DNA of 28,418 bases from a virus (lineage: Duplodnaviria > Caudoviricetes). The notes under the pieces were generated by a model. The model saw only the letters and a list, made by a program, of their open reading frames with translations. It had not been told where the DNA came from and did not search any database. Below, piece after piece: positions 27,257 through 28,418 of this stretch. Both the position numbers and the translations under genes were made by a program. The number at the start of each line of letters is the position of its first letter. Positions within the stretch are counted from its first letter, which is position 1. The stretch lies in IMG/VR virus record IMGVR_UViG_3300032073_000176, positions 1-28,418 of that record; one strand, 5' to 3'.

Positions 27257-27263
27257 ATAAATA
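27257..27263 (-). promoter_or_regulatory. TATTTAT motif directly after the nrdA stop
   Basis: Minus strand reads TAG-TATTTAT-TAAT-ATG; only 4 nt from the DUF5522-like ATG. Confidence 0.3.
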
Positions 27264-28418
27264 CTAACCTTCACAACTAACACACTCTTCCATTGCTTTT
27301 GCCGCGATATCACCCCTTAACACACTTTCAGTCCTAACATAATATAGTGTTTTGACTCCCTGTCTCCAGGCTTCAAGGTGCACTTGATTTATCCATTTTG
27401 GTGTTGCCTCTTTGGGAAAAGCCAAATTTAACGACACCGCTTGGTCAACAAATTGTTGTCTTACACCAGCTTGTCTAACCAACTCTAACTGATTTACTTC
27501 TTTAAAAGTTTTAAAAACCTCTTTTACTGGTACAAAATCCATATGTGTGTTTTCTTTTTCTTTTATATTAGTGATTTTACCATTTACGTAACCCCAATTA
27601 TCTAATTCTGCAATGTCTTGTACACTACCACCGTCAGCTAATATTTTGTCCCAAGTTTCTTTATTATTTATACCTATTTTTCTAAATACTTTTTCTAACT
27701 CTCTATTTTTTCTAATAAAAGTTCCTTTAGCACTCTGGTCCGTATATACATTTGCGGGTAGTGGTTCAATACCAGAACTTACTCCCCCCGCTAATTTTGA
27801 GTTAGACACTGTAGGTGCTACCGCTCTTAAGTGACTATTCCTAAAACCAGTACCTACACACCATAGTGGTTCACCATATTCTGTAGCTAAGTCTCTAGAA
27901 GCTTGTTCAGATTCTGTTTTTATTTGACCAAAAATCCTACGGGTTTCAAATTGAGCGGGAAGACCTTCAAAAGGGATTCCTCTTTTCTGTAAGAATGTAT
28001 GCCATCCTAAAACACCTAAACCTAAAGCTCTTCCTTTTTCAGCACTTCTAACAGCGTTTTCAAAACCTTTTCTGTATTTAGCTTTTTGTAAAAACTCTTC
28101 AAGGACACCATCTAAAAACCAAGTTGCGGTATAAATTAAATCAGTATCTTTCCACTCATCATATTTTGCAAGGTTCAAAGAACTCAAACAACAAACAAAT
28201 GAATGATTCTCATCAGTATGTAAAACAATTTCAGAACATATATTAGTCATATAAACTTTAAGACCATTTTTTTTATACGATTCTGGATTAGTTTTATTAA
28301 CATTACCTCGATACATAATATAAGGTTCTCCTGTTTGTCTACGTTTTTTAATTAACGAAGCCCATTTCTGACGTGACTCTTTATCACCAGCTTCTAATTT
28401 TCTCATGAATTTATCTCC
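27264..28418 (-). CDS. nrdA: Ribonucleoside-diphosphate reductase class Ia alpha subunit, 5' end outside the window
   Basis: TGEPY, TNICSEI (catalytic N-C-E), CCLSSLNL, RALGLGVLG, AVAPTVSNS, KTLYY radical-transfer tyrosines and C-terminal CVSC. The frame stays open to 28418 (GDKF precedes the listed Met), so the track's start is internal. Confidence 0.97.
   Translation of the reverse strand, partial: GDKFMRKLEAGDKESRQKWASLIKKRRQTGEPYIMYRGNVNKTNPESYKKNGLKVYMTNICSEIVLHTDENHSFVCCLSSLNLAKYDEWKDTDLIYTATWFLDGVLEEFLQKAKYRKGFENAVRSAEKGRALGLGVLGWHTFLQKRGIPFEGLPAQFETRRIFGQIKTESEQASRDLATEYGEPLWCVGTGFRNSHLRAVAPTVSNSKLAGGVSSGIEPLPANVYTDQSAKGTFIRKNRELEKVFRKIGINNKETWDKILADGGSVQDIAELDNWGYVNGKITNIKEKENTHMDFVPVKEVFKTFKEVNQLELVRQAGVRQQFVDQAVSLNLAFPKEATPKWINQVHLEAWRQGVKTLYYVRTESVLRGDIAAKAMEECVSCEG

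Noticed and set aside
4004-27834. All short plus-strand ORFs in the track (e.g. 4004-4189, 10890-11186, 23280-23651, 25871-26161, 27613-27834)
   Set aside because: Each lies fully antisense to a long, well-supported minus-strand gene and has no recognisable motif; typical shadow ORFs.
27264-28418. Intein or intron in nrdA
   Set aside because: Visible part is continuous with normal motif spacing from NxCxE to the C-terminal CxxC.
1-28418. Stop-codon reassignment (alternative genetic code)
   Set aside because: The standard code gives near-complete coding density; TAG ends nrdA right after CVSCEG. TGA is not used as a stop here, but no gene needs it read through.
1-28418. tRNA, rRNA or structured ncRNA genes
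   Set aside because: Longest intergenic gaps are 79 and 74 nt, AT-rich, with no cloverleaf or strong stems.

Overview
AT-rich, densely coding window with every credible gene on the minus strand. It reads as part of a large contractile-tailed (myovirus-like, probably jumbo) phage genome. In transcription order (right to left): the 3' part of a class Ia ribonucleotide reductase alpha subunit (nrdA), a small Cys-rich DUF5522-like gene missed by the ORF track, a stand-alone Smr-domain gene, then a ~27 kb baseplate/tail module. That module holds a gp25-like wedge protein, a gp6-like wedge protein, six uncharacterised tightly coupled genes, a 2769-aa gp7/P2-gpI-like wedge protein, a 1237-aa adhesin-like protein and a truncated tail-collar/fibre-like protein. 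The lack of Shine-Dalgarno sites, A-rich leaders and SprB/PKD/GCTDP-type domains suggest a Bacteroidota host (inference). Most notable observations: (1) a dispersed [S/T]-[G/A]-x-T tetrapeptide strongly enriched in the three distal structural proteins and absent from core wedge proteins and NrdA, a candidate virion glycosylation sequon; (2) a HiPIP-like 4-Cys motif in a baseplate-module protein; (3) a baseplate-module protein with several transmembrane-like helices; (4) host-like adhesin domains and Cys-rich repeats in virion proteins; (5) a recurring TATTTAT upstream motif. All domain calls come from motif recognition by eye; no searches were run.
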